This document shows positions 1 through 13,379 of a DNA stretch of 64,000 bases, piece after piece. Numbering within the stretch: the stretch's first letter is position 1; each line of letters starts with the position of its first letter. The notes under the pieces are model-generated. The model was not told the DNA's origin, did not search any database, and was given only the letters and a program-made list of their open reading frames with translations. Source of the DNA: Monocercomonoides exilis PA203 (taxonomy: Eukaryota > Protista > Preaxostyla). The translations under genes and the position numbers were made by a program. The stretch lies in the NCBI GenBank assembly GCA_001643675.2, contig LSRY02000003.1, positions 2,484,434 to 2,548,433 of the forward strand, in the 5' to 3' direction.

Positions 1-114
1 ACAAGGAAATCATTACATTCTACAACTGCATTACTCGTGCAACGAATGAATTCTATGAGAGCATTTTCACTTTTGGGCTTGAGAAGAAGCTTTTATGCTT
101 GAAATTCTTCTGTC

Positions 115-1850
115 TCATTGAATGTGCTGTCTTCGTCTTCTTTCCTCTGTCATGGCGTCACTGATGCTATTTGTATCGCCGGCAAGGGGATTGGCTTTGG
201 AGATATATTGCTCCACTTTTTTCTCTAACATGGGTGCAAAGCAAAGCGTGGCCATCCTTGAATTGGGTTTGGGTTTGCGTTCTTGTGAAGAATTAATTTG
301 TGCGCTCGGCAGTGAGCCAGCTGTGTATGGCAACGCAATGAATAGTTCGATTAATGCTATAAAATCATTATTGAAAAAACTTCCCCTTAAGGATTGATTC
401 GTTTTTGTGATTGGTGAGCAAGCAGCGCGCAAAGGAAATGTTTGAAAGAGTTGTTCTGGATCGCATTAACCTCGGGGAGGGGGAAACGAGCCCTTGGGGC
501 ATGCGAATTGGAGAAGCATAAGGGCGATGTATCTGGACGATGGAATCACTGCTAAGGCGCAAGTGGATGATGCCATTAGACCTGCTGCAAAAGAGTTCGA
601 AATTGAGGGCTGTGCCTGCAACGTTGGATCAGGGAGATTCTGTCATTGGAACCGGCGGGGTGCAGCTGCAGCGGTTGCTGAGAGCTCTTTGTTGGAAAGG
701 AGTGTTGTGGCGATGAAAGCGACAGGAATAGAGCGGGTGCTTGGAGCTGCAGATGCTGTTGGAGCACAAGTGCCAGCGACAAGGCGATTGCTGCAGGGTA
801 ATTTCAGTTCGAATGTGAATGCTCTGCCTTTGTTGGGGCACGGCAGGAGATGTGCTGGGAAGGCAAGTCTGGCAGCAGGGGGGTCACTTGCTCCGCATGC
901 GGGGCGATTCAGCACGAATTTGCGAGGGCTGTTATTTTGCTGTTGAAGAAGAAAATATGAGGAAAGAGGGGCAGCATGGATTGAGAGGCCAAACAAACAA
1001 ACAAACAAGCAAACAAAATGGGGAAAGAGGGGCAGATGAACGAGAAAAGCAGCTTTTTGGAGTGTGAGATGCGAAGAAGCGGAGAAATGCAACTATTTTT
1101 TATTTTTATTTTATTTTTGGATGGCGATCAGCGAATGTTTGTGACTGGATGGGACGTTTCAGGCAGGAAGGCCGATTTTGTTGGGGCGATTTTGCTTGTC
1201 GTTGGAGAAGCGATGCATTTTGAGTGCAATCTGGAGAGAGTTTGGTTTTGTTCTGTGTTATGTTTTCTGGAGCTTGTTTTGCTGCTTTTGGCCAGCCGGC
1301 CTCAATTGAGTGAGATTTGTTGATTGTGGCAGAGGCAGGCTTTGGTGAAGGCATCGAGAATCTTCTTGCTGAAGGGGAAATGCCTCAAAAAATGGGGAAG
1401 ACGCTGCTGCTGAGAGGAAGCGATGGGCAGCCGGGGAGAAGCGCCTGAGGCAGCGGGAGATGCGAATTAATTGCAGGATTCAGACGAGTTTTGGATTGGG
1501 GGCGAGTCTGCGGCGCAGGTGCTGCAGGAGATGATGGAACAAGCATTTTTGAGGAGCGCCTGCTCGGAATTGGAATGCGAAGCGATTGATATTATTTTCA
1601 TGCGAACATTTGAATTGTCTGAATGTGATTGGAGCAGCAGGTTGGCTGGGTGCAGTTTTTTTGGTGGGAGAGGAGCAGGCTGTTTCTGAACGGTGGGAAT
1701 GAGGAAGACAATCTGCTTGTGGCTGGGTGAATGTGTTGACAGACTCAGGAGAGGAGAGGAGAGGAGAGGAGGGACAATTTGTTGTGCTGTTTGGTGTCTT
1801 GTTGCAATCGACTGCTTGTTGTGGGATTTCAGATGAGGCAACAGAAACTG
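115..1850 (-). pseudogene. Degraded, Ser/Ala-rich protein-coding remnant of unknown family
   Basis: ORFs 643..1092 and 115..432 are in the same minus frame with in-frame stops between them. GC-richer blocks alternate with short AT-rich, intron-like blocks. No recognisable domain. Confidence 0.3.
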
Positions 1851-1941
1851 CTCGACATGCTGTGGCAGTCACACACAGAGCAGAATTGAATGAGATTGAA
1901 TGAGATTGAATATGATTTGGCATATTCAACTGTTTAATATT

Positions 1942-1985
<44 letters not shown>

Positions 1986-2146
1986 TTTCTTCTTCTTCTT
2001 CTTCACCTTCTTCCTCATTAACAGACATTTCAAACTGTGCAGCATCTTCTCCAATGGAATCAGCGATTGATGAGCACGCGCCAATCAACTTTTTCCCAGA
2101 GTCGTTTGTTTCAACTCCTTCAATCATCAACTGAACAACTTTTGTT

Positions 2147-2520
2147 TCTCCTTCTCCTTCTCCTTCTCCTTCTCCTTCTCCTTCTCCTTCTCCTTCTACC
2201 TCTTCTCCTTCTTCTTCTTCTTTTTATTCATCTTCACCTTCTTCTTTTTATTCTTATTCTTCTTCTTCTTCTTCTTTTTCTTCATCTTCACCTTCTTCTT
2301 TTTATTCTTATTCATCTTCACCTTCTTCTTCTTCTTCTTCTTCTTCTTCTTCTTCTTCTTCTTCTTCTTCTTCTTCTTCTTCTTCTTCTTCTTCTTCTTC
2401 TTCTTCTTCTTCTTCTTCTTCTTCTTCTTCTTCTTCTTCTTCTTCTTCTTCTTCTTCTTCTTCTTCTTCTTCTTCTTCTTCACCTTCTTCACCTTCTTCA
2501 CCTTCTTCACCTTCTTCGAC
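2147..2520. repeat. (CTT)n/(GAA)n microsatellite, pure ~2322-2481, with degenerate CTCCTT/CTTCAC flanks
   Basis: Direct reading. The degenerate flank matches the inverted copy at ~12850-12975 (both translate to KVKMNKKKKKKEKR). Confidence 0.95.
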
Positions 2521-3928
2521 CTCTTTTTCTTTTTCTCAATCTTCTTTTTCTTCTGCTGATTCTTCGTCTTCGCATTCATCTTCACTTGCATTTTCATTTG
2601 ATGCTTTTTGTATTTTCAGAGCCAATGGACAAACATCATTATTTTTTGTTTTTGAAGAGAAGGGAAATGAAACCACTCAAAGTTTGCAAATGAACTGAAG
2701 ATTTGATCTTCACAGACAAATAAATGCGAATTGGCCAATATTATTTGTTATTGGGGTTTTATATTCCTTTCGAAGTCAACTTATCAAATGTGACATTTCA
2801 TCATCCGACAACATCATACAAGTCATTTTCATCATCTTCTTCAGAAATGTTATTTGACTGATTGTTCATCTCTCAATAACTTCTTCTTCATCTTTTTCTT
2901 CTTTTTCTTCTTTTTCTTCTTCTTTTTCTTCTTCTTTCCAACGAACTGCTAAATCTTCACCATTATCTTCTGCTTCTTCAATGCCGTTTTCAATCACTTG
3001 GCATTGGATCAGGTCATCGACCTCCTGATGCATTTAAGCTGTACAATCAGTGCATCGCAAAATTGAACTAACAATTTTATCATTCACAATTCTTCCTCTC
3101 AGCGTCCATTCACCGCATACGCCATTATTTTATGTTTCATTCATTATTCTGACAAGAAAAAAATTTGTCTTTTCATTCAAATGTTCTTCAACGCTTTCTT
3201 CGATGAACAACAAAAATTAAACTGTTTTTTTCATTTCATTCAACAACTCTCAGATTGGAAGGAAGGCTTCGCCTTCTGCATCAATTTGGAAATTCAAAAG
3301 AAATATTCATTCAATCACGGAATATCATCAGAAATTATTTTACAAAGGAAATGATTCTAAATCCTATCGAGAAAAGCCGACCACAAAGTGCACAATAAAA
3401 AATAGAAATTAAATCTGAATTATTATTTTGGAAGTTGAAAGAATTCACAGAAAATAGAAGGAGCAGGGCAGAAGACGTTATTTGGAACAAATTATAATGT
3501 GGATGATCTTTGAGAGATTTCTCAATGTGATACACTTTTAATGAGCCATTGAAGATGAAACAAAGAAAGAAAGCAATTTTGAGGAAAAGGCATATTTGAA
3601 GGGAAATTTCAAAGAGATAGTTGAGCGAATCGGATACAAGCATGTTGAAACATGAAAGCTGATGAAAATATAATAATTGAAGAACTTTCTTATATGATTG
3701 AAGAAATGCTATTTGAGAGATGAAATAGATGATGTAAAGCAACAAGCTGAATTTGCATTTGATTAAGAAGAGAAAATAAATGAAGAAATTTTGAAGAAAT
3801 GTTTTTATCTGAGCGGATGGTTAGGATTTTGAAAAAATAAGTGGTATATACTTCAATTGAAAAGAAGATGAAACCTCAAGAAATTTTCAAAGATATGGAA
3901 AATATTCAAAATTTGAAGATGAAAGAAT

Positions 3929-5326
3929 TTATATGAGAATCAGAAAAAAGTCATTATTTCCTGTTGTTTTTGTGTCAACTGCGCTGGATGTGAGTGTTTG
4001 AGTTGGAACAAATGTTGAGGAAAGGAGGGTGAGAGATGCGTCTTGGAGGAGAGAAATGAAGCTGGTGAGGGCATACTCGATGGTGGCACATGGGGTCTGT
4101 TGGGGTCTGCCACAGGCATCAGCATCAGTTCCATTGCTGGCAACGATTTTGTTCTGGGCAACGAGGGGGAGCCAGCCATTGTACACTGCATTGTCTGCTG
4201 TTCCATTATTCCACACTCTTTTTGTTGGAGTTGTTGAGCCACAATTCTCAAATGGAGATTGGGTGATACTGCTGCCATTGAAAAAGACATCGTTTCCTCT
4301 GCCATTTTTGGCAGTGTTGCCATCGAAGAAACAGAATGTGATGAATTTTATTCCATTCATCCAAGAGTAAGTGACATCCAAATAGATGGCAGCTCCGCCA
4401 TAAGTGGATGATGAAGTTAATTTGTTATTGATGAACTGACACTCAACGATTGAAAACAGGTTGGGCTTGTTATTCGGAGGCCAATGAAACGTGAGAGAGC
4501 CAGTTGAATCGTTGCCAGAATTTGCGATGCACTTGCATTTGATAAACAGAAATTGAAAATTTGTATAATCATTTCCGAGACCAAAATACCAACCAGTTCC
4601 ACACCAGTTTGTGATTGAACAGCTTTCAACTCTATTTTCAGAGAATGTCCAAACAGAATTTGTTTGTGGACTCCATATTTTCGCAGCTCCTCCATGAAGC
4701 GCAGAACAACTTGTAAAATTCGATTTTGTGATGCTGATTTTCAACAAGTATCGACAGAATATTGCTCCTCCTTCACCATTGCTTGATGTACATTTGTTGA
4801 ACGAGCAAGATGTGATTGTGAGATTTGCGTTTGAGCAGTTGACATAAAGTGCACCTCCCCAATCAGTTCCACCATTTGAATCATTCCATTCACACCACTC
4901 AAAGATATAGCTATTCAAAGCAGTGAAGGACAATCTACCAGGTTTCGCTCTTTGAGTTTCGGATCCGTTATATTTTACAAGATCATTTGGTGAAAAGCGT
5001 GTTTGGCGAAGGAAAGAAGCATTGAATGCAGAAAGAGAAGTAGATGGGCTGTTGAGGTTGGGGAGAATGGCACCATCGATGGGGTTGTGGGTGTGGAGGA
5101 AGATGGATGAGTGGATGGAGAGAGATGAGTGAAGGGAGAAGGAGGGGATTGTATTGGTGTTGGTGTTGGTGGATGTGGAAGAAGAGGAAGAAGAGGTCGA
5201 TGTGAATGGGTTGAGTGAATGTGAAGGAAGGGATGGAAGTGAGAGATGGAACGAAAAGGAAATGGAAGAATGAAAAGATGCTTTGAAATGGATTGATTTT
5301 GTTGAAAGAGATTTTGCAGTTTGCAA
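3929..5326 (-). pseudogene. Surface-protein module fragment, cassette 1 (Pmp-like / parallel beta-helix; no signal peptide, no TM anchor)
   Basis: Open frame with a TTG start only. Conserved 5' box HTHNPIDGAILPNLNSPSTSLSAF, GGA(L/I) plus FxxC repeats, conserved 3' box GTDADACG..PCATIEYAL..AVDTK, then non-coding-like sequence. Confidence 0.7.
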
Positions 5327-7654
5327 TATTTAAGAAAATGAAATTGCTCAAATTGTTTCACTTTTCCTTTAAATCATTCCATTTGATGAAAAGAAATTGC
5401 CTTGTGTTATCTGCAATGAAAATGAAAATTAAAAAATTATTGAAATGAATTTTTGAATCAATAATTAAATTTTCATTTTGTTTCATTTTCGCGTTTTCAT
5501 CAAAAAAACAAAAAGATCGCAATTTCAAATGATATTTATTTCTGAGGAAACTGAAAACGCAAAATTCAACAAGAAGTCGAAAAATATTCCACAAATGAAA
5601 AATATTCGTTTTCTGGCTTGAACTCTGGATAACTCGGAATTAATGAATCATTTTTTTTCCCCCCATTTATTTGTGAATAAATAAGTTAAGAAGAATTTAA
5701 GGGTGAAAGTGAATTTAGGGATGGCTTTTTTGATTAATTATGAAAAATCATTTCATTATTGACATTTGGTTTAAATATTTCCACTGTTTATCATTTTGCT
5801 AAATTATCTTTGAAATTCAAAAGAACACTTCATCTGTAATATTTATCGTTATTTGATACTGTATTTGCATTGACCAATCAAGGATGATGCATTTTTTAAT
5901 GAAAAAAAGATGATATTGTCAATTTTTCATGAAAACTTCCAAATGTTTAATTTTCATAAAAAACAAAAATTTCATATTTTAACGAATTTCTGTTCCCACT
6001 CACGTAACTTTTCTCATTTGGAAATAATTACATTGCTCAGGTTCTGTTTCCATTTTGGTGAAGTTTTATTAGTGTGAACAGAAAATTGATAATTATATGA
6101 AATTTCTATTTAATTTGTAAATTAAACAAAATGTAGTTTTCATTAAAAATTAGCTATATGGTGCTTGCAAACAAAACAAAATATTCAAATGAATGTTTTG
6201 ATTTTGTTTTTTTGGTATTGCATAAAAAGAAAAGAAATGGAAAAGCTTTCCAAATATTTCAACAATGTGTTTGACTTTCATTGTTTGTAATTCAAAATAA
6301 AAATAACAGATTTTTTTTCTATAATTCATTGTTTCATATAAAATGAGTCCTTTCCATTGAGAGGATAAACTTCATTCTTATTGATGTCTCAAACGTCCTG
6401 TCATTCATCATTCCAAAATTATAAAAATTAATAATTTCAATTTTCATTTCTCAAAAAAGAAAAATAACAAAATTGAAGTGTGTTTCCATTCTTTGTTCAT
6501 TTTTCAACTTTTTGTTTAAAATTTGTCACTTCAAACATTCACATTTCCAGAATCAATGTCTGTAAAACAATTGAAGGATATCATTGAAGAATTGAAAATT
6601 GATATGATTTCAAAGATAATCACCCAGTATAGAACTGTTGTTGTCAACAACAGACAACTGTGATAATGGAGAATATCACTTTTCTCGTTCAGAATATGAA
6701 AAAGATTTTGGTCTTCACAATGGATCATTTGAAGAAGAACACACAATATTTTTTTTCAACAAAAAGCTTCAAACAAGAACAATTATTGTGATAATGAATA
6801 TTCGAACCTGTGATAATATTCGATTGAAAAAGAATTCAAAAAAGGTGATGATAAATATTAATTGAATATTCATGAAATGATAACTGGAATGTGAATAATT
6901 ATTTTCATTTTTTTATTCAGTTGAAAAAAATGATGATGTGGAAATATCTTTGAATAAACTCACATATTAATCAAAACATCACTTGATTGTTTCCACAGAA
7001 AATTGAGAATACATTATTTTTGAGAATCCTTTGTTCTTGGTTTTTCTGAAAAATGGATCCAATGATACAGAATTGAAAAGTGAATAAACGAAGAAATTAT
7101 CAAAATCAAAGAAGTTCTCCAATCCCAAAAATTACATTCTGATTTTCATGTTTTTCAGTCAACAACAATGACTTTTAAAGGAAATAATTTTGAATATCAA
7201 GTTATTGTGGAGCTTGGCTTTTAATTCGTTTCAAAATGAAAAATTAATAATCATTTTGAAATCAATTTTTCATTTTCTGGTTGCAAAATAATAATTATTA
7301 TTTAGGCATTTGAAGAACAAAACAAAAGAAGTACATTCTCTAATCAAACCGAAAATTTTCGATTGAACAAAAGATAATTCAGAAAACAATACAAAAGGTA
7401 TTTTGATGATTGGGCGAAGAATAAAACAATGATATTTTTATTCCTTGTTGGAATAGAAAGGATTAAATCATCAGAAGATCTGACAAATAGAGAAATAATT
7501 CAAAATTTTTGCTTTTCAATAAAGACATTTCATTGAAAATAGTTTTGAAAAATAATAATTTGCAGCTTCAACATAAAAATACAAATAGATGTTGTTGAAA
7601 ATATTCATATTAAATAAATTCAAAAATTTTAAATAGATTTCTGAAAATTTTCAG

Positions 7655-8905
7655 TTGTTGTATTCTTTCTCATTTAATATCTCTATTTCCATCCACTCAA
7701 CCATCTTCCTCCACACTCACAACCCCATTGATGGTGCTATTCTCCCCAACCTCAACAGCCCATCCACTTCCCTCTCTGCCTTCAATGCTTCTTTCCTCCA
7801 CCAAACACGCTCTTCACAAAATGCTGCAAAGGTGTATATTGGAAATGAAACTAATCGAAAAACACCTGGAAGACTGGATTCCTTTGATCTGAACAGCCAT
7901 AAATTTGAATGGTGTGAATGGAATGATTCAAAAAGTGAATCAAGTCGTGGAGGTGCACTTTGTATCGATTGTGCAAATGCAAATCTCACAGTCACTTCTT
8001 GTTCGTTCAACAATTGTTCGGCAAAAGGACACAATGGTGGAGCATTAGATTGCTTTTATCTGTTAAACGTTAACATCACAACATCTAATATCACAGATTG
8101 TTCCGCTTTACATGGAGGAGCTGTTGAAATAGCATATCCACAATCCACTTCCGATTGGTCCTTCTCAGAAAACAGAGTGGAAAATTGTTCAATAACTGAT
8201 TGGTGTGGAACGGGTTGGTATTTCTGGCTCAATAATATGACTTCAACTTGCCAATTTCTGTTTTCTGAATGCAAATGTATTGCAAATTCTGGTGGTGATT
8301 CTGCTGGTTCTCTCACATTCAATTCTCCTCCAACCAATAAGCCAAATCAATTTTTAGTTAATGATTGTCAGTTCTTAAATAATAAATTGACATCAAATTC
8401 AACTTCATGGGGAGGTGCTGCGCTGTGTTGCACAGCAACTTATTCCTGGATGAGCGGAAATAAATTCATCACATTCTGCTTTTTCAATGGCAACACAGCA
8501 ACAAATGGCAGAGGGAATGATGTATTCTTTAATGGTAATTCCATAGCTCAATCTCCGTTTGAGAATTGTGGATCAACAACCCCATCAAAAAGAGTGTGGA
8601 ATGCAGGAACTGCAGATAGCGGTGTGTATAATGGCTGGCTTCCTTTTATCACTCAGAATAAAATCGTTGCCAGCAATGGAACTGATGCTGATGCCTGTGG
8701 CAGACCCCAACAGACCCCATGTGCCACCATCGAGTATGCCCTCACCGGCTTCATTTCTCTCCTCCAAGATGCATCTCTCACCCTCCTTTCCTCAACATTT
8801 GTTCCTCTTCAAACACTCACCTTCGGAGCAGTCGACACAAAAATCACTGGAAATGATAAACTTTATCTGATTCTCATATTAATTCTTTCGTTTTCTCATT
8901 TTTGA
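7655..8905 (+). pseudogene. Surface-protein module fragment, cassette 2
   Basis: Same conserved 5' and 3' boxes as cassette 1 with a divergent middle. TTG start only. Homology begins ~7688 (TCCATCCACTCAACC) and ends after AVDTKITGND. Confidence 0.7.
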
Positions 8906-11900
8906 CCATTTTCCATTTCACAGAAATATCCTATACCTATCATCTTCTTTTCATCAGAAGTTTATTTTTTTCAATCTATCTTTAATCTCCGCTCATATAA
9001 AACCATTTCTTCAAAATTTCTTCCTCTATTTTCTCCTTTTCATCAAATATGAATTGAGCTCAAGAAAAAAGATTCATCGCTTTCATCTCTTCAAATAGGA
9101 TTTCTTCAGGCATATCAACATGCTCTTCTAAATTTTCCTTTTCTTTTCATTTTCAACAATTTGCTCCAGTTTCGTATCTGTGTAATCTGCAGAAGGCTAT
9201 TTAGGAACACATCCATTTCATAAATGAATTGCTTCAATACCATTTCCTTTTCACTTCAAATGCTTCAGTTTCCAAATGAAAAGGCCAGAATCATTTTCTT
9301 GCTGATTGCATGCCTTCTGATCAGCTTTTCTCGGCTAAAATAGAATCGTTTCCGTTGAAATATAACTTCAGCTGAAATTTTGTGAGAGAATAAATGATCA
9401 TTTGTGCTTCTGAACGGGAATGAAAGATGAAATCTGATGAAGAATTCGAGGAGAATTAAAATGAAATGGAAATCACAATATATATTTTTCACTTATTGAA
9501 GATGGTGCTGAAGAAGAAGATACAATGAAATGAAATCAATTCGTCCAAAAAGCCTTTTTTCATCATGAGAATAATGAATGAAAAATGAAATAAGATGCGC
9601 TCAACAATTGATCAGTCGAGATGAAGGGAAGAAAATGAAGCAATTTTCGGTTCAATTTAGCATCTCTGCTGATTTGGATGAATGGATGCATCAGAAGGTC
9701 GATTGCCCACCGAGAAGGAAGTGAGATGAATATCGCAAAAACAATGCAGAAGTTGAAAAACACCAAAAAGGAAGAAAAAAAGGCGGAAACGAAGGAGAAA
9801 AAAGTTAAGATCACAACGAAGAAGAATGAAAAAAAGGCAAAGAAGAGGCAAAGAAAAGAAATAGGTGTAATATAGTCCAAAGGCAGAGGAAGACTAGATT
9901 GTTTGAGTGAATGAATCGGACGAGGATGCAGAAAGCAGTGAAGAAGAACATGAAACAGAAGAAGAAGAAGAAGAAGAAGAAGAAGAAAGAAGAAGAAAAG
10001 AAGGCATTAAAGATAATCTTGCTTGTTTTGATGTTGAAATTGGAGATAAACTGGACGAGAAAGAAGGAAGAAGGAAGAAGGAAGAAGATGAAGATTTCGG
10101 AGAAATAGAACCCATCAAAGAAATACAATCAATATTTCCGTTTCTGCTTTTCCCTTTCCTCTTTCACAGTCCAATCATCAGCCATCAATCCAATTTTCCC
10201 CTTCTCCTTCCTCTTCTCTGAATATTCTTCTTCTTCTTCTTCTTTTCCTTCTTCACATTTGAATTGCTCTTCTGCTATTTCTCTGCTCATTTCTTTCTCA
10301 TCTCCTTTTGATCCAGTTTCTTTTTCATTTCTCAACTCTCCCAAAAAATTTCATTGCTCATCAGACAGCAAACATTTTGATGTGGCTGAGTCAAACGAAG
10401 ATAATCATCCGAATGGAGACATGAAACAGGCTGTGATTGAAGATGACGATGAGAAGGAAGATGATGATGTTGATGGAGGAGAAAATGAAGATATCCATAA
10501 TGGTGATGAAAATGCTGAGGAAAATAAAAGCGAAGAAGATGAAGAGGAGGAGGAGGAGGAGGAAGAGGCAGTGCATCTGAAGAGTGTGGAGGCGGAGAAG
10601 GCATCTGCACACAGAAGCAATCAGATCCTTCACAAGTGCTCCAAAAGGGAATCTTCGACAGCATAGGCGTGTGGTAGACACTCTCAAATTGTGTGTGAAA
10701 TCAGACAGAAACAATTGCAATCACAACCACAACTACTCGAATTCGAGATCATATATGAAGAGGAATATGAAGAAGAAGAAGAAGAAGAAGATGATGATGA
10801 TAGAGGAATTTGTTTGCATTCTTCTTGTTGAATCACAACAGAAGCACTGCTGCTTGGATGCTCAAAATGAGGCTGACTCCCAACATTCAATGAATTTGAA
10901 GCGGATGATGGTGAAGACGGTAAAGAAGGAGAAGATGGTGAGGAATGAGGAGGAGAAGTGGGTGAATGGAGGGAATCTGAAGGAAAATGAGATTGTGGTT
11001 GTGATGAGCGAGCATCATCCTTCTTCTCCTTCTCGTCCCCTTTCCCAAAATTTCGAATGCCATTATGCCTACCAAGAAGACGATGTTTTGCTGCTCCTCT
11101 CTTCCCTTCCCCACCTTCTTCCCTCTGTTCTCCCAATGGCTGCAGAAGAGGTAGCGTTTCTTCCTCACAAAATGACCCAGGCAACTTTTCAGGCTCGCCA
11201 AATGTGTCGCATAATTCATCCCCAGTCATATTTTTAAACTGCTTTTGTATGTTCCTTTGGCTTCTGAGGATATGGGAATACTTTGTTGTGTGTGTCTTTC
11301 CCCAAGCCCTTATCATCTCTTTCTTCTTTTGTTTCCTCTTCCTCTTTCTCTTCTTCTTCTTCTTTTCCTTCGTTATCATCATCATCGTCTTCGATTTCGT
11401 CTTCATCAACTTTCATCTCATCTGAAATTTCCTCCAAATTTTTGGTTGATGTGCGAGAATTGAATGAGAACACACTGAAAAATTGGAACGTGAAGAGGTT
11501 ACTCGCTCTTGTACCTCTGGGATTGCTAAGATGTCTCCTGTTGCTCGTCTTTGCTGCGCATCCTGAAGCATTCAAAGAAGGCCATCATGGATATCACATT
11601 GAAGGAGTGATCAGCAAAATGCAGATGAAGTTGCAGAAGCAGAAGCAGAAGCAGAAGCCGAAAATGAAGAAAAACAAGAGAGAGAGAGAGAGAGAGAGAG
11701 TTCGCTCAGTCGGAGACATTCACAAGAAATTCACTCACATGTTAGGAGAACACACGTTGCGATGGAGAAATCTCTCGAAGGTCATCTCTGTTGTCATTCG
11801 CCCTCCCCAAACAAGAATCGTTTCAATATTATTATCTTTTCGTCTGTGTCTCCTTCATTCACTGGAAATGGAGGGAAAGGCATCCTCCTTTTCTTATTGC

Positions 11901-12525
11901 ATGTCTGTTTCCCTTCTTTTCTTGCCTCATCATAACATCTCTTCCATTTTCATTTATTTCAGCTGATATTCATTATTTGAATAAATATTTCTTTGTGTCT
12001 TTCCAAATAGCAAAAATAGATGAGATCTGGCGCTGAATTCGATGGGAATTCGAATGAAATGGAAATGTCAACAATATTTTTGTTGGTCATCGAAAAAATC
12101 GAAGAAGAATGTAATGGAAATGAAACGAGCTGAATTTGAGCAGATAGATTTTTTCCATCAGTTTCGCGAATAAAAAAGAAAGCTCATTCATCCAATGATC
12201 GCAGAGACAAAGGAAAGGAAATGAAATAATTTTCGGCTTAATTTTCCTGTGCTTCTGATTGAACAGCTGAAATGCATCAGAAGGTCGATGCCCTGATCCA
12301 ATACAAAGAAAGTGAAAATAGCATCGAAAAAGTTGGAGAAAGAGTTGAAGATAATGATGAAGATGGCACACTTGGTGTGAAAGGACAAATTGCAGAAGGA
12401 TTTAAAAAAGAAGAAGAAGGTGAAGAAGAAGATGGTTGTGAAGGTGAAGAAGAAGGAGACGAAAGAGATGAAGAAGTGGAAGAGGTTGAAGTCAAAGAAG
12501 GAGGAGGAGGAAGAAGGCGAAGAAA

Positions 12526-12608
12526 ATGAAGAAGAAAAAGAAGAAGAAAAAGAAGAAGACGAAGAAGAAGAAGAAGAAGAAGAAGACGAAGAAGAAGAAA
12601 AAGAAGAA

Positions 12609-12643
<35 letters not shown>

Positions 12644-13068
12644 AGAAGAAGAAGAAGAAGAAGAAGAAGAAGAAGAAGAAGAAGAAGAAGAAGAAGAAGA
12701 AGAAGAAGAAGAAGAAGAAGAAGAAGAAGAAGAAGAAGAAGAAGAAGAAGAAGAAGAAGAAGAAGAAGAAGAAGAAGAAGAAGAAGAAGAAGAAGAAGAA
12801 GAAGAAGAAGAAGAAGAAGAAGAAGAAGAAGAAGAAGAAGAAGAAGAAGAAAAAGAAGAAGAAGAATAAAAAGAAGAAGGTGAAGATGAATAAAAAGAAG
12901 AAGGTGAAGATGAATAAAAAGAAGAAGAAGAAGGAGAAGAGGTAGAAGGAGAAGGAGAAGGAGAAGGAGAAGGAGAAGAAGAAGAAGAAGAAGAAGAAGA
13001 AGAAGAAGAAGAAGAAGAAGAAGAAGAAGAAGAAGAAGAAGAAGAAGAAGAAGAAGAAGAAGAAGAAG
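12526..13068. repeat. (GAA)n microsatellite complex; pure tracts ~12621-12851 and ~12975-13067
   Basis: Direct reading. Confidence 0.95.
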
Positions 13069-13379
13069 CACCTGAAAATGAAGGAGATGGAGAAGGAAAG
13101 AGAAAAGAAAGTCATGGAAATTAATCAGTGGTTTCTCTTTGTTATAAGGAAATTGCAGATAATATTATTGCACACACTGACTTGAGAATGAAGATAAAAA
13201 AGATAACATAGATGATGATGAAAGCGAAGAAGGAGAAGAAGGAGAAGAAGATGACGATAATGAATGTATTGACGAGTTGATTGAAGATTGAGAAATGTGA
13301 AGATAAATGAAGACAAACAAAAATGAAGATGCTCGCAGAAATAATTTATTTCCTGTTTTTCAACCCTGAGTTCTTCTGA

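Noticed and set aside
2037-2693. Poly-Leu/Lys/Glu/Phe ORFs here and at 12277-13115 and 24922-25291
   Set aside because: Translations of GAA/TTC microsatellites, which are stop-free in all frames; no evidence of coding.
5400-7600. Short ORFs in the AT-rich interval between cassettes 1 and 2
   Set aside because: Fragmentary with no recognisable domain; possibly an old pseudogene but unsupported.
10259-11966. Overlapping 100-240 aa ORFs here and mirrored at 25.6-27.8 kb
   Set aside because: Low complexity, overlapping on both strands and frameshifted between the two copies; at most decayed gene debris inside the duplication.
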